Assembly: GCF_004010195.1 (NCBI RefSeq)
Contig: NC_057718.1
Location: 1,681,696-1,745,695 of the forward strand
DNA: 64,000 nt
Reading direction: 5' to 3'
From: Chiloscyllium plagiosum
Lineage: Eukaryota
Of this stretch, positions 40,201 to 52,648 are shown piece by piece. The translations under genes and the position numbers were made by a program. The notes beneath the pieces were generated by a model. The model saw only the letters and a program-made list of their open reading frames with translations. It did no database searches and was not told where the DNA came from. Numbering within the stretch: position 1 is the stretch's first letter; each line of letters begins with the position of its first letter.

Positions 40201-40415
40201 ACAGTCTATATCTTCCATATCCTTTTCCATAGTAAATACTGATCCAAAATATTCATTTAGTATCTCCCCCATTTTCTGTGGCTCCACACAAAGGCCACCT
40301 TGCTGATCTTTGAGGGGCCCTATTCTCTCCTTAGTTACCATTTTGTTCTTAATATATTTGTAAAAACTCTTTGGATTCTCCTTAATTCTATTTGCCAAAG
40401 CTATCTCATGTCCCC
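37300..40415 (-). mobile_element. Two stacked CR1 LINE 3' fragments; the younger spans 38558-40415
   Basis: RT ORFs 38636-40190 ([26 protein letters not shown]). Confidence 0.92.
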
Positions 40416-41738
40416 TTATCATTTTCAGATATTCCTGGTGCTGCTCCTGACATGCCCCCCTGCACTCTCCATTGAACCATGCTACAGATTGTGCTGAAGT
40501 ACAGTTCTGCTGCTCTTGATGGCCCACAGTGCCTCATGGATGTCCAGTCTTGAGTTGCTAGATCTGTTCGAAGTCTGTCCCATTTAGCACGGTGATAGTG
40601 CCACACAACATGATGGGCATTAATCTCAATGTCCACCACCAAGAGTGGCTCGGCAGCAGTATTACTGACTGAGCTGGTCAGGCCCTAAAGGACATAGCTG
40701 CGAGATTAGATCTGTGACAGGAGGTGAAGGAACTAACAGAGTTTGTCTCCACAAGGGCAGTGCAGAGGTCACTCTTACTCTCTGACTGTCAGTGACACGC
40801 CACCCTACAGTGCGGAAGCAAGCTATTCGGCCCATCGAGGCTGTAATGGACAGATGCTTCTGCAGCCAGCAGATCAATAAGGATGTTTTTCCCCCGTGTC
40901 GGTTCTCTCACCACCTGGCACTGATCCAGTCTAGCAGCAATGTCCTTTGGCACCAACCAGCTCCATCAGTCATTCTGCTGCTGAGCCACTCTTGATGGTC
41001 ATTGAAATCCCCCACCCAGAGGACATGATGTGTCCTTGCCATCCTCAGTGCTTCCTCCAAGTATTGTTCAACATGGAGGAGTACGTAGTGATCAGCAGAA
41101 CGTTTTCTTGTCTATGTTTAACCTGAAGCTATGAGACTTCATGAGATCTGGAGTCAATGTTGAGGAGTCCCAGAGCAACTCCCTCCTGACAGTATCCCAC
41201 AGTGCTGCCGGTGGAACAGGACATATCCTGGGATGGTGAGGATGGTGTCTGGAACATTGTAAGGTAGGATTCCGTGAGTGTGACTGTGTCAGGCTGGTGC
41301 TTGCCTCGCCTGTGAGACAGCTCTCCCAATGTTGGCACCAGTCTCCAGCTGTCAGTGAGGAGGACTGTGCATCGTGAGCTCTTGATGCTGCCTGGCTTGC
41401 CATGTTCTTCCAGCTTCTGTGTATTGTTTCCAGTGCCCGAGTCAATTCCACATGGCCCATTAAATTTCAATCCTTTCTCCTTTATAACATTTGATATAAC
41501 TGGATGGTCTTCAACGCGAAATGTTAACTCTGATTTCTCTCCACAGATGCTGCCAGACCTGCTAAGCTTTTCCAGCAAATTCTGTTTTTGTTACTGATTT
41601 ACAGCATCCACAGTTTTTCTGTTTTTACTTTGTCTGTTTTAACTTGTTTTGCAACTCATTAAAGTAAACAAAGCTGCCTGGCATTTGCCACCGATTTCTG
41701 GAACTTGCTCTTTTTTAACCTTAAGAGAAACACTCATA

Positions 41739-42238
41739 NNNNNNNNNNNNNNNNNNNNNNNNNNNNNNNNNNNNNNNNNNNNNNNNNNNNNNNNNNNNNN
41801 NNNNNNNNNNNNNNNNNNNNNNNNNNNNNNNNNNNNNNNNNNNNNNNNNNNNNNNNNNNNNNNNNNNNNNNNNNNNNNNNNNNNNNNNNNNNNNNNNNNN
41901 NNNNNNNNNNNNNNNNNNNNNNNNNNNNNNNNNNNNNNNNNNNNNNNNNNNNNNNNNNNNNNNNNNNNNNNNNNNNNNNNNNNNNNNNNNNNNNNNNNNN
42001 NNNNNNNNNNNNNNNNNNNNNNNNNNNNNNNNNNNNNNNNNNNNNNNNNNNNNNNNNNNNNNNNNNNNNNNNNNNNNNNNNNNNNNNNNNNNNNNNNNNN
42101 NNNNNNNNNNNNNNNNNNNNNNNNNNNNNNNNNNNNNNNNNNNNNNNNNNNNNNNNNNNNNNNNNNNNNNNNNNNNNNNNNNNNNNNNNNNNNNNNNNNN
42201 NNNNNNNNNNNNNNNNNNNNNNNNNNNNNNNNNNNNNN
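41739..42238. other. Assembly gap, exactly 500 N
   Basis: N run. Confidence 1.
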
Positions 42239-42410
42239 TGGGACTGACTCCGCGTCTGCGGGGACTGACTCTGGGTCTGTGGGGACTGACACTGGGTCTG
42301 CAGGGGCTGACTCTGGGTCTGTGGGACTGACTCCGCATCTGCGGGGACTGACTCTGAGTCTGTGGGGACTGACTCTGGGTCTACAGGGGTTGACTCTGGG
42401 TCTGCGGGGG
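42239..42410. repeat. 21 bp minisatellite GGGACTGACTCTGGGTCTGTG, truncated by gap
   Basis: About 8 visible copies adjoining the N-gap. Confidence 0.9.
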
Positions 42411-42479
42411 CCATGGGCCATGGAGTCATTGTGGATCAATTTGAGGTCCAGGGATTGTTTTAGAGTCTGTGGAATTGAC

Positions 42480-45400
42480 TTGAGGTCTGTGGGATTATAC
42501 CATAGGCCTCCCAATAGCCAGTGGGAGCTAGATGAACAGATATGTAAGCAGATCCTGGAAGCATGTGACTGGCAGAAGGTGAGAGTAGGGATTAAGGGGT
42601 CATTCTCAGGATGGTAGCCAGTGACTAATGGAGTTCCACAGAGATCAGTGTTGGAACCACAACTCTTCACGTTATACGTTAATGACCTGGACAAAGGAAC
42701 TGAGGACATTGTTACTAAGTTTGCAAATGACCCAAAGATACGTGGATGGACAGGTAGTGTTGAAGATGTTGGGAGGCTACAGAAAGACTTGAACAGGCTG
42801 GGAGTGTGGGCAAAGAAGTGGCAGATGGAATATAGAGTTGGAAAGTGTGAGGCTACGCAAACTTTGGTGGGAAGAATCAAGGTGAAAGACTTTGGAAATC
42901 TGTGCACAAAGGGACTTAGGTGTTCTCATTCAGGATTCCTTTAAGGTTGACATGCAGAATGTTGAGCCCCGTATCTCAGGAAGGATGTGCTGGTGTTGGA
43001 GGGGGTCCAGAGGAGGTTCACAGGAATGATCCCGGGGATGAAGGGAAGGTTGTATGAGGAGCAGTTGAGGATGCTGGGTCTGTACCCAATGGAATTCAGA
43101 ATGATGAGGGGCATCTGACTGAAACTTGCAGAATCTTGAGAGGTCCAGTAGAGTGGACATGGAGAAGATATTTCCATGCGGAGGAGAGACTAAGACCCAA
43201 GGGCACAGCCGCAGAGATGAGGAGGACTTTCTTCAGACAGAGGGTGGGGAAACTATGGAACTCATTGCCAGAGAGAGCTGTGGACGCCAAGTCACTGAGT
43301 ATATTTAAATCAGAGGTATGTTCCTGACTGTTAAGGGGACCAGGGTTACTGGGAGAACACATGAGAATGGCATTGAGAAATAAATCAGCCAGGATTGAAT
43401 GATGGGACAGTCTCAATGGGCCAATTGGCCAAATTCTGCTCCTATATCCTGTCATCTTATATCCTATATCCTGCTCCTATATCCAGTCATCCTATATCCT
43501 ATATCCTGCTCCTATATCCAGTCATCCTATATCCTATATCCTGCTCCTATATCCTGTCATTTTATATCCTATATCCTGCTCCTATATCCTATATCCAGTC
43601 ATCCTATATCCTGTCATCTTATATCCCATATCCTGCTCCTATATCCCTGTCATCCTATATCCAATATCCTGCTCCTATATCCAGTCATCTTATATCCTAT
43701 ATCCTGCTCCTATATCCTATATCCTACTCTATATCCTGTCATCTTATATCCTATATCCTACTCTATATCCTGTCATCTTATATGTCTCTGGCCTCCCTTA
43801 CTACCATGGGCTTAGATGGGACAGCATTGTTTGGTGCACCCAGAGAGTTTCTTGAAACAGTATGTAGATCATCTAATTAGGGACGGGCTGTACAGGATCA
43901 TGTACTGGAGAGTGAGCCTGGCCAGGTGATTGAAATTTCATTGGAGAGTATTTTGGGAACAGTGATCACAAGTTGAAAGATAGTTATGGATAAAGAGGAA
44001 CCGGGTCCTTGGGTGACAGCGCTAATTTGGGGGCAGGCTAATTACAATACTGTTAGGCAGGAACCAGAGAAAATCAGAATGGAGGCAGCTATTTGAGGGC
44101 AAATCCACATTAACGTGTGGAAGTCAGTTCATCAGAGGTTCAGGACTGACAGATTCCTGTGAGAATGAAAGGTAAGGATGGGAAGGATTCAGGAACGCTG
44201 GATGACAAAAGATATTAAAAGCTTAAAAGAAAAGGAAAAGTGAGGATATGTAAAGTTTACATGACAGAAACCAGACAAGGCCTTGAGGAATATAAAGATA
44301 GCAGGAAAGAAGTTCAATGTGGAATTAGGAGGAAGGAAAGGATTGTGAAGTATCCTTGACTCCAGGGTAAAGGGGAGTCCACGGGCATTTTATATGTACA
44401 TTAGAAACGAGGGGTAACTAGGGAAAGGAAAGGTCCATTCAAGGAGCCAGAGGAAGTGGGTGAGGTCCTTAATGAGTACTTCACATCGATATCGACCAAG
44501 GAGAAGGACATGAATGAAGGTAAGATTAAGGAGGGGTATGTTGATATTCTGAGGCATGTTAATATTAACAAGAAGGAGATATTGAGTATCTTGAAAAAAC
44601 ATTATAAAATAGAGAAGTCCCTAAATCGTATGGGATCTGTCCCAGAACACTATTGGATGCAAAATAGGAAATTACTGTGGGGCCTCGATAGATATCTTTG
44701 TATCCTCCTTAGCCAGAGGTGAGGTCCCATGAGGCTGGAGAATAGCCTGTGTTGTTCCTTTGTTTTAGAAAAGTAAACAAGATAATCCAGGAAATTATAG
44801 ACCTGTGTGGCCTATAATTTACAGACATTATAGACATCAGTGGTAGGGAGATTATTGGAGAAGATTATCAGGGACAAGATGTACTCACATTGCAGAAGAA
44901 TGGGCTTATAAGGGATAGTCAGCATGGCTTTGAGTGGGGGAGGTCTAGTCTCACAAAATTAATTGTGTTTCTTGAGGAAGTGACAAAGATGATTAATGAC
45001 GATGGGACAGTGGATGTTGTCCATGTAGAATCTAAAAAGGTGTGGAGCTGGAAAAGTGAGGAGCAGGAGAATCAATGTTTCGAGCGTAAGCCCTTCATCA
45101 GAAATGTTGGGGGGGTGTGGGGTAAGGGTGCTGAGAAATTAATGGGACGGGGTTGGTGCTGGAGGTAAGGAAGCTGGGAATGCAAGAGGTGGATGAAGAT
45201 GGATCAGATGAAGATCAATCTGATCAAGATCCCATTGTGCTCTGAGGTAACCCTCTTCGCTGTCCACTACAACTCCAATTTTGATGTCATCCAAACTTAC
45301 TAACTGTACCTCTTATGTTCACATCCAAATCATTTATATAAATGATGAAAAGTAGAGGACCCAGCACTGATCCTTGTGGCACTCCACTGGTCATAGGCCT

Positions 45401-46215
45401 CCAGTCTGAAAACAACCCTCCACCACCACCCTCTGTCTTCTACCTTTGAGCCAGTTCTGTATCCAAATGGCTAGTTCTCCCTGTATTCCATGAGAAATAA
45501 CCTTGCTAACCAGTCTCCCATGGGGAACCTTGTCGAACACCTTACTGAAGTCATGTCCATCGCTCTGCCCTCATCAATCCTCTTTGCATTTTGGGAGGTC
45601 AGATGCAAGAGGAATGTATACAGGAAATGGCCGGATCCTTAGGAGCATTGATATACAGAGGGATCTTGGGGTGTAAGTCCATAGCTCCCTGAAAGTGGCA
45701 ACACAAGTGAATAAGATGGTAAAGAATGCGTATGGCATGCTCGTCTTCATTGGCTGGGGTATAAAGGTTGGTAGGTCATGTTGCAGCTGTGTAAAGCTTT
45801 ACTTAGGCCACATGTGGAGCATTGTGTACGGTTCTGGTGACCAAATAATAGAAAGGAAGTGAAGGCTTTGGAGAGGGACTAAAAGAGGTTTCCCAGGATG
45901 TTGCCTGGATTGGAGTGTACCAGCTCTAACAGGAGACTGGACAAACCTGGATTGTTTTCACTAGAGCATTGGAGGCTGAGAGACGACCTGATAGAAGCTT
46001 ATACAATCATGAGAGGAATAGATAGAGTAGATAGTGAGAGTCTCTCTCCCAGGATGGAATTATCAAATACTAGGGGATGTAAGTTTAAGGTGAGAGGGCA
46101 AAGATTAAAGGAGACGTAAGAGGCAAGTTTTTTGTCCAAGGTGGTAGTTTAGTCTGGCAGCATGATTGGCACAGACGTGGTGAGTCTAAGGGGCTGTTTC
46201 TGCAGTTCACTGTTC
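42480..46215 (+). mobile_element. Cluster of degraded CR1 fragments, with an inverted CR1 piece at ~45240-45585
   Basis: Endonuclease (YHRPPNS) and RT motifs in short ORFs. Confidence 0.8.
43437..43782. repeat. CCTATAT-based compound minisatellite at a CR1 3' tail
   Basis: Units built from cctatat, cctgct and ccagtcat, starting at the CR1 terminal aattctgctcctatatc. Confidence 0.9.
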
Positions 46216-46484
46216 TGTCTTCTACAACTCTGGGTCAATAGGGATTGATGCTGGGTGTGTGGGATTGACTCTCTCTGCCTGTTTGCCTATCAGTCTCTCT
46301 GCCTGACAGGTAAAACAATGGCTGCAGATGCTGGAAACCAGATTCTGGATTAGTGGTGCTGGAAGAGCACAGCAGTTCAGGCAGCATCCAAGGAGCAGTA
46401 AGATCAGCCTGACAGTCAATCTGTCTAACAGACTAACTGTCTGTCAGTCCATTTGCCTGACTGTCTGCCTGTCTGTCTGTTTAG

Positions 46485-46656
46485 GAGTATCACAACACAA
46501 AGATCACAGCAGCACAGCAGCTGCTGCCTCACACACAGCTGACAGTGGATGTGAAACTGACAGATCTCAGCCGAACAGTCGCTGAACTTTCCAACCTGGT
46601 GAAAAACCAACTGGTGAAAAGCACCTCACACAGCACCGGGAATGGATCCATCCCAG
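46485..46656 (+). CDS. Putative internal exon of an unidentified spliced gene (coiled-coil-like)
   Basis: ctgtctgtttag|..ccag|gtaatt; 172 nt, phase 0 to 1, open: EYHNTKITAAQQLLPHTQLTVDVKLTDLSRTVAELSNLVKNQLVKSTSHSTGNGSIP. Confidence 0.6.
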
Positions 46657-46903
46657 GTAATTCCCACTGACCCATTCAGGTGATTCTCACTGACCCATCC
46701 CAGGAAATTCCCACTGACCCATCCCAGATAAACTTGCAGCAAGATAATAGTTTGTTTTGGTGAGGATTGGAGTGTCACCATTAGAATTCCAAGTTTTCCG
46801 GACTGCCTCATTCACGATTAAAGTCCACAATTGTTCAGTGTGTGATCCTGGAGTTAGTATCACCCTGAGTAACGGCTGTTTATTCTCTCTGCACCACCCA
46901 CAG

Positions 46904-46999
46904 ATGATGAAATGGATGCATCCTGGCCTATGTCAGAGTTACCAGCACAGTGCATGTCCGGCCCATTGGAACCAACAGCCTGTCAGACATTTCTGCAGT
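46904..46999 (+). CDS. Putative 96 nt phase 1-1 exon of the same gene
   Basis: cccacag|..t|gtaagt; open in compatible phase: DDEMDASWPMSELPAQCMSGPLEPTACQTFLQ. Confidence 0.55.
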
Positions 47000-47003
47000 G
47001 TAA

Positions 47004-48088
47004 GTAACTTCCTCACCGTATCTCAGTCCCAGCCAATCGGTATCATCCTCACCGTATCTCAGTCCCAGCCAATCGGTATTATCCTCATCGTATCTCAGTC
47101 CCAGCCAATCGGTATTATCCTCACCGTATCTCAGTCCCAGCCAATCAGTAACATCCTCACCGTATCCCAGTCCCATCCAATCGGTAACATCCTCACCGTA
47201 TCCCAGTCCCAGCCAATCGGTAACATCCTCACCATATCCCAGTCCCGGCCAATCGGTAACATACTCACCGTATCTCTGTCCCAGCCAATCAGTAACATCC
47301 TCACCGTATCTCAGTCCCAGCCAATCGGTAACATCCTCACCGTATCTCAGTCCCAGCCAATCAGTAACATCCTCACCGTATCTCAGTCCCAGCCAATCAG
47401 TATCAGCCTCACCGTATCTCAGTCCCAGCCAATCAGTAACATCCTCACCGTATCCCAGTCCCATCCAATCGGTAACATCCTCACCGTATCCCAGTCCCAG
47501 CCAATCGGTAACATCCTCACCATATCCCAGTCCCGGCCAATCGGTAACATCCTCACCGTATCCCAGTCCCATCCAATCGGTAACATCCTCACCGTATCTC
47601 TGTCCCAGCCAATCAGTAACATCCTCACCGTATCTCAGTCCCAGCCAATCGGTAACATCCTCACCGTATCTCAGTCCCAGCCAATCAGTAACATACTCAC
47701 CGTATCCCAGTCCCAGCCAATCGGTAACATCCTCACCGTATCCCAGTCCCAGCCAATCGGTAACATCCTCACCGTATCCCAGTCCCAGCCAATCAGTAAC
47801 ATCCTCACCGTATCCCAGTCCCAGCAAATCAGTAACATCCTCACCGTATCTCTGTCCCAGCCAATCAGTAACATCCTCACCGTATCTCAGTCCCATCCAA
47901 TCAGTAACATCCTCACCGTATCCCAGTCCCAGCCAATCAGTAACATCCTCACCGTATCTCTGTCCCAGCCAATCAGTAACATCCTCACCGTATCTCAGTC
48001 CCAGCCAATCAGTAACATACTCACCGTATCCCAGTCCCAGCCAATCGGTAACTTCCTCACCGTATCTCAGTCCCAGCCAATCAGTAAC
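47004..48088. repeat. Minisatellite, 36 bp unit GTAACATCCTCACCGTATCTCAGTCCCAGCCAATC(A/G), about 30 copies
   Basis: Direct inspection; produces 12-aa periodic ORFs on both strands. Confidence 0.98.
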
Positions 48089-48109
48089 GTCACACAAAAG
48101 GGCCTGTGA

Positions 48110-48430
48110 TGTTATTGTCACCGGTGACCCAGAGGCTGCTGCTAATGTTCTGTGGACTGAGGTTGAAATCCTGCGATTGCTGCATCAGGCAGTAAAATCC
48201 AATATATAACTATGCTACTGAAAGCGAGACATATTTATGGGAACTGAGTTATAACCCAGCTGGTTTCCTCATGTCCTTCAGGGATGGAAATCTGCCATTC
48301 TTACCCAGGCTGGCCTACATGTGACTCCAGACTCACAGCAATGTGGTCACCTCTTAAGCGCCCTCTAAAATGGCCCTAATAAGCCAGTTAGGTTCCAGGG
48401 TAATAAGGATGAGCAACTATCATTTCCCTT
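48110..48430 (+). mobile_element. SINE-like dispersed repeat (related copies at ~4600-4760 + and ~28640-28920 -)
   Basis: Shared core ggaaatctgccat..ggcctacatgtgactccagac..cagcaatgtgg in three places. Confidence 0.65.
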
Positions 48431-48499
48431 GAACAAATATATTTCAAAAAAGGAAGTCTCTCAGAGGCCACACTGAGATTAGAGCTGAGCGTCTTTAGT

Positions 48500-49840
48500 T
48501 GCAAATGAGGTCCCAGAGGACTGGAGAATAGCCGATGTTGTTCCTTGGATTAAGAAGGGTAACAGGGATAATCCAGGGAATTATAGGCTGGTGAGCTTTA
48601 CATCAGTAACAGGGAAATTATTGGAGCAGATTCTTAGGGACAGGATTCAGTCACATTTGGAAAAGAATGAGCTTTTTTGTTTGTAATGTATATAAGTGAT
48701 TTGGATGAAAATGTAAGTATTCTGGTTAGTAGGTTTGCAGATGACATGAAATTTGATGCGGTTGTAGATAGTGAGGGAGGATACAGTGGGATATACACCA
48801 ATCGGAAAGCTGGGCAGAGCAATGGCAGATGGAGTTTAATCCAGACAAGTGTGTTTGGGGAGGTTAAATGCAAGAGGACAGTATACAGTAAATGGCAGGA
48901 CCCTTTGGAGCATTGATATACAGAGGGATCTTGGGGTGCACATCCATAGCTCCCTGAAAGTGGCCACACAAGTGGAAAAGGTGATAAAGAAGGCAGATGG
49001 TAAGCTCATCTTCATTGGTCAGGGCATGGAGTTGGCAAGCCATGCAGCAGCTATATAAGACCTTAGCTGGACCACATTTGGAGTATTGTGTGCAGTTCGG
49101 GTTCTAGGATGATGATGTCAGCTTGTACAAGAGGGCATAACTACAAATTGAGGGGTGATAGATTTAAGACAGATGTCAGAGGCAGGTTCTTTACTCAGGG
49201 AGTGGTAAGGGTGTGGAATGCCCTATCTGCCAATGTAGTTAACTCAGCCACATTAGGGAGATTTAAACAATCCTTAGATAAGCACATGGATGATGATGGG
49301 ATAGTGTAAGGGGAGGAGCTGAGAATAGTTCACAGGTCAGCGCAACATCGAGGGCCGAAGGCCTGTTCTGCGCTGGATTGTTCTGTGTTCTATTACTTAC
49401 AGGAAGGATGTGGCGGCTTTGCCGAGAGTGTGAAAGATATCGCCTGGATTGGAGTGTGTTAGCTAGAAGGAGAGGTTGGAGTTTTTTTGCTACAGTGTTG
49501 GGAGGCTGAGGGGTGACCCAATAGAAGGTTAGAAAACGATGAGAGGCTTGCATAGAGTAGATAGTCAGTCTGTGTCCCAGGGTGGAAATGTCAAATATTA
49601 GGGGGCACGGGTTTAAGGTGAGAGGCAGAACGTTTAAAGGAAATGTGTGAGGAAAATATTTTACACAGAGGGTGGTATGTGCCTGGGCTGCACTGCCTGG
49701 GAGGTGGTAAAAGCAGATACAAAAAGAACATTTTGGAGGCATTTATACAGACACATGAACAGGCAGCAAGTAGAGAGGCGTGGGATTAGTTTAGAATGGC
49801 ATCAAGGTCAGCATAGACATGGAGGGCCGAACTAGTCTAT
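48500..49840 (+). mobile_element. Degraded CR1 fragments
   Basis: RFADDMK motif and CR1 C-terminal RGHNYKL..FFTQGVVRVWNAL. Confidence 0.8.
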
Positions 49841-50327
49841 GTTGAGGGTAGGAGGCAGCCAACTCCTTTTCAGTGTTGGGAAAATCCTTTTCCAGGAATA
49901 GTTTTGGCAGCGTTGCTTCCTGCACTCTGGTTTTGGGTTTCACGATATATGGGCAGCCAATTATTAAGTAGGAATTCATCACTCTGTTAGAGTGCGGGGT
50001 CTCGTCCACCCAGCTGGAGACCACTCAGGAGCTGGGAATATCCTTCCGGAGTCCTCCCCATTCCCCACAATCGGGTCTGACACTATTTCCTGGTTATCTG
50101 GTGCTGCTCAATGGGTAACTGTTTCTAGTGTTTACCCACTCAGAGACAGCAGGATGCCAGCCTATCAGCACTCTGCTCCCTATCCCACCTCCCAGGATGA
50201 GGAAGATCCCACTCAGACGGAGCCCAGTGACCTTTCTCCTGGATCACATTCTGAAAGAGGCTGTTTATTTGCGATTGTTGGAGCAGTGTGGGAGCTGCTG
50301 GTTTAACGCTGGCTTTGTCTGTTTCAG

Positions 50328-50423
50328 ATGGTGAAACACCCTGTCAATGTACACTGGCTGCTGCACAACACAAGGATTACACTGCCCCCTCCATCCACAA
50401 GTCCAGTCAGCATCTATCCCACT
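50328..50423 (+). CDS. Putative 96 nt phase 1-1 exon of the same gene
   Basis: tttgtctgtttcag|..t|gtaagt; open: xGETPCQCTLAAAQHKDYTAPSIHKSSQHLSH. Confidence 0.55.
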
Positions 50424-51189
50424 GTAAGTACCCGCACACTCTCACTGCCTGCCTTTAACCATTTATCCGTCGTGCTGCAGTATTCCTGTTAACTGTTAAA
50501 CAGGACAGTAGATCAATGGGTTAGACGTTGGGGTTGTGGGTCAATTGCCACCACTAGGGAATCAGGAACCTCAAAGAATGGGTAATTTCATTGGGACCTC
50601 TTCACTCTGCTCAGTCTTAAATTGTGTCTGACTATTTCACGTGATTGTCGCTATCATCCTGAGCTATGTTAGTACATCGCAACCCCCTCACTCCGCAGTG
50701 TTCCCATTTTCCAGTTTGTATTTTCGACAAACCATGAAATGATGCCTTGGATTCCTCAGTCCAGACCAGGAGTAAACAGGAACCCACTGTCAGGGCCACT
50801 GTTAATCTGACCCTCTCTGTCTTGCTGTCCCTTTTACCAACAAATTTAATGTGTGGCCCGTGAATGAATGCTTTTTAAAGTTCCTAATCACATCAGCTGG
50901 AGCGGCAGATCTACATTTTCTGTGACTTTGTCCAGGCTTCCAATTGGGTCATTCTCTGTGGCTATCTCTTCTTCGTGTTGTTCAGTATTTGGGCTCTTGT
51001 TCCCTGAGGAGAAAGTTGATTTGGCCAAAAGTGGACAATGTTGGAGATCTCAATGAGTAGGTGCAGCCTGTGGTGTGGTTAGAATGAGTAAAGACTTGGT
51101 GTGAAGTTCTCAGTAGAGGGTGGAGAGCTACCCTTATCACTGACAGAGTTTGTTGTGAAAACATCACTGAGAACCTGAATCCTAATCCT

Positions 51190-51335
51190 TGGTTCACGAG
51201 GTACCACTGTCACCCGCAGTTTGTGAGATCCTGCTGTGCACAATTTGGCTTCTGTGTTTCCCTTAACAGTAATCACACGTCACTGGAACATTCTGAAGGC
51301 CATAAAAGATGGTATTTAAATGCAAGTTCTTTCCT
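51190..51335 (+). mobile_element. Deu-domain SINE fragment (others at ~19260-19325 - and ~56420-56530 +)
   Basis: gtgagatcctgctgtgcacaatttggct..taaatgcaagtt resembles the DeuSINE/AmnSINE conserved domain and tail. Confidence 0.6.
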
Positions 51336-51616
51336 ACTATCTTTCTAATGACAATGAGACTAACATGCCCTGTGCAGTCTGAACCTTCAGGGACTCTGTC
51401 CCAGTACCGTTACCGGCTGTGGGAGGTAACCACTCACAGGGACCGACAAGAGCGACAAATTCCCAGGAACCATAGGGAAGGCCTCGAGTAATCTGTGCCC
51501 AGGTCCAGCCTGACTGCTGCAGGCCTTGGATCATCACAGCAAGTTCCATGGGCGGCTGACACGCTGTTTTCTGATAAGTTTCAATCCAATCCTCACATCT
51601 TCTTCTGTCCATGCAG

Positions 51617-52221
51617 ATGACATGCCCATTTCGAAAACCATGGCAGGACACCCCCAGCAGGTCACTGAGGCCATGGGAAATGAGCAGGATTGGATCAGAG
51701 CAAGAGTGGGGCAGCCTGCAGCGAGTCACGGAGGAGAAGCCAAAAGTGACATTTCCCTCCACCCAGAGACATCCTCACGCAAGAGGAAGAGGCCAGTGAC
51801 GGAGGACAGTCAGACAGCGCAGCTGGTCGAATGTGGATCCCACCATGTGAATTCCCAAGGCACCCTGGCACAGGAAGTGGGAGGGTCCGGGATTGGGAAG
51901 CAGTCAGGGATTCAGGAAGGGTCAACGGTCAGATCAAGGTCAGGGGTCAGTGCTGGGACAGGGTCAGGAGAGGAGCCAGGACGCTGGCCCACAACAGCGG
52001 ATCCCGAAGATGTTCGGAGAGACATCCAGAGCGGCTTTGGCCAAATCCACACTGACCTCATTGTGTTACAGCACTTCATACAGAGTGGCTGTGAGCATCT
52101 GATTGAGCAAGCCTCCAGCCTCATCAATCTGCTGATGACACTCCTGCAGCAGTTCACTCCTTGCACTCTCCACAATACCAGCAGCACCAGCAGCTCCAGC
52201 AGCTTGAGGGCACAGAGCTGA
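51617..52221 (+). CDS. Putative terminal coding exon of the unidentified gene (NLS-like RKRKR, disordered middle, C-terminal amphipathic helix)
   Basis: cttcttctgtccatgcag acceptor in phase 1; about 200 open codons; AATAAA at 52324 and 52371. Confidence 0.65.
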
Positions 52222-52323
52222 GACCCACTGGAACCAGTCACATCAGGCTCATTGATGGAAGACACTGAGGATGTGAGATCTCCACTCACTCACCTCCCGC
52301 CATAGGAGCCTCACTATCGCCTC

Positions 52324-52376
52324 AATAAAAGAAATATACCACAGAGTTTTCTCCTAGAAACACGCTGTTAAATAAA
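52324..52376 (+). terminator. Two candidate polyadenylation signals (AATAAA)
   Basis: AATAAA at 52324-52329 and 52371-52376, 100-150 nt after the stop at 52221. Confidence 0.5.
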
Positions 52377-52460
52377 TTCCTTTCTTCCATATCCATCTGC
52401 TCAGATTCTTACAATCAATTCTTCTCTTTGTGTAGCATACACTGTCTCACTCTGTCATTG

Positions 52461-52648
52461 AGGAGAAAGTGAGGTCTGCAGATGCTGGAGATCAGAGCTG
52501 AAAATGTGTTGCTGGAAAAGCACAGCAGGTCAGGCAGCATCCAAGGAACAGGAGAATCGATGTAGAAGGGCTTATGCCCGAAATGTCGATTCTCCTGCTC
52601 CTTGGATGCTGCCTGACCTGCTGTGCTGTTCCAGCAACACATTTTCAG
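52461..52648. mobile_element. Palindromic Penelope-derived element
   Basis: Inverted arms; TSD CTCACTCTGTCATTG at 52446-52460 and 52649-52663. Confidence 0.85.

Noticed and set aside
43395-43880. Hydrophobic YPI-rich ORFs
   Set aside because: Translation of the CCTATAT minisatellite
46757-48121. 450 aa (+) and 397 aa (-) repetitive ORFs
   Set aside because: By-products of a stop-free 36 bp minisatellite; the array begins at a splice donor and is probably intronic
50196-50259. Additional exon DEEDPTQTEPSDLSPGSHSER (and a similar segment at 51378-51481)
   Set aside because: Needs a weak non-canonical GC donor, and its phase 0 acceptor does not fit the preceding phase 1 exon
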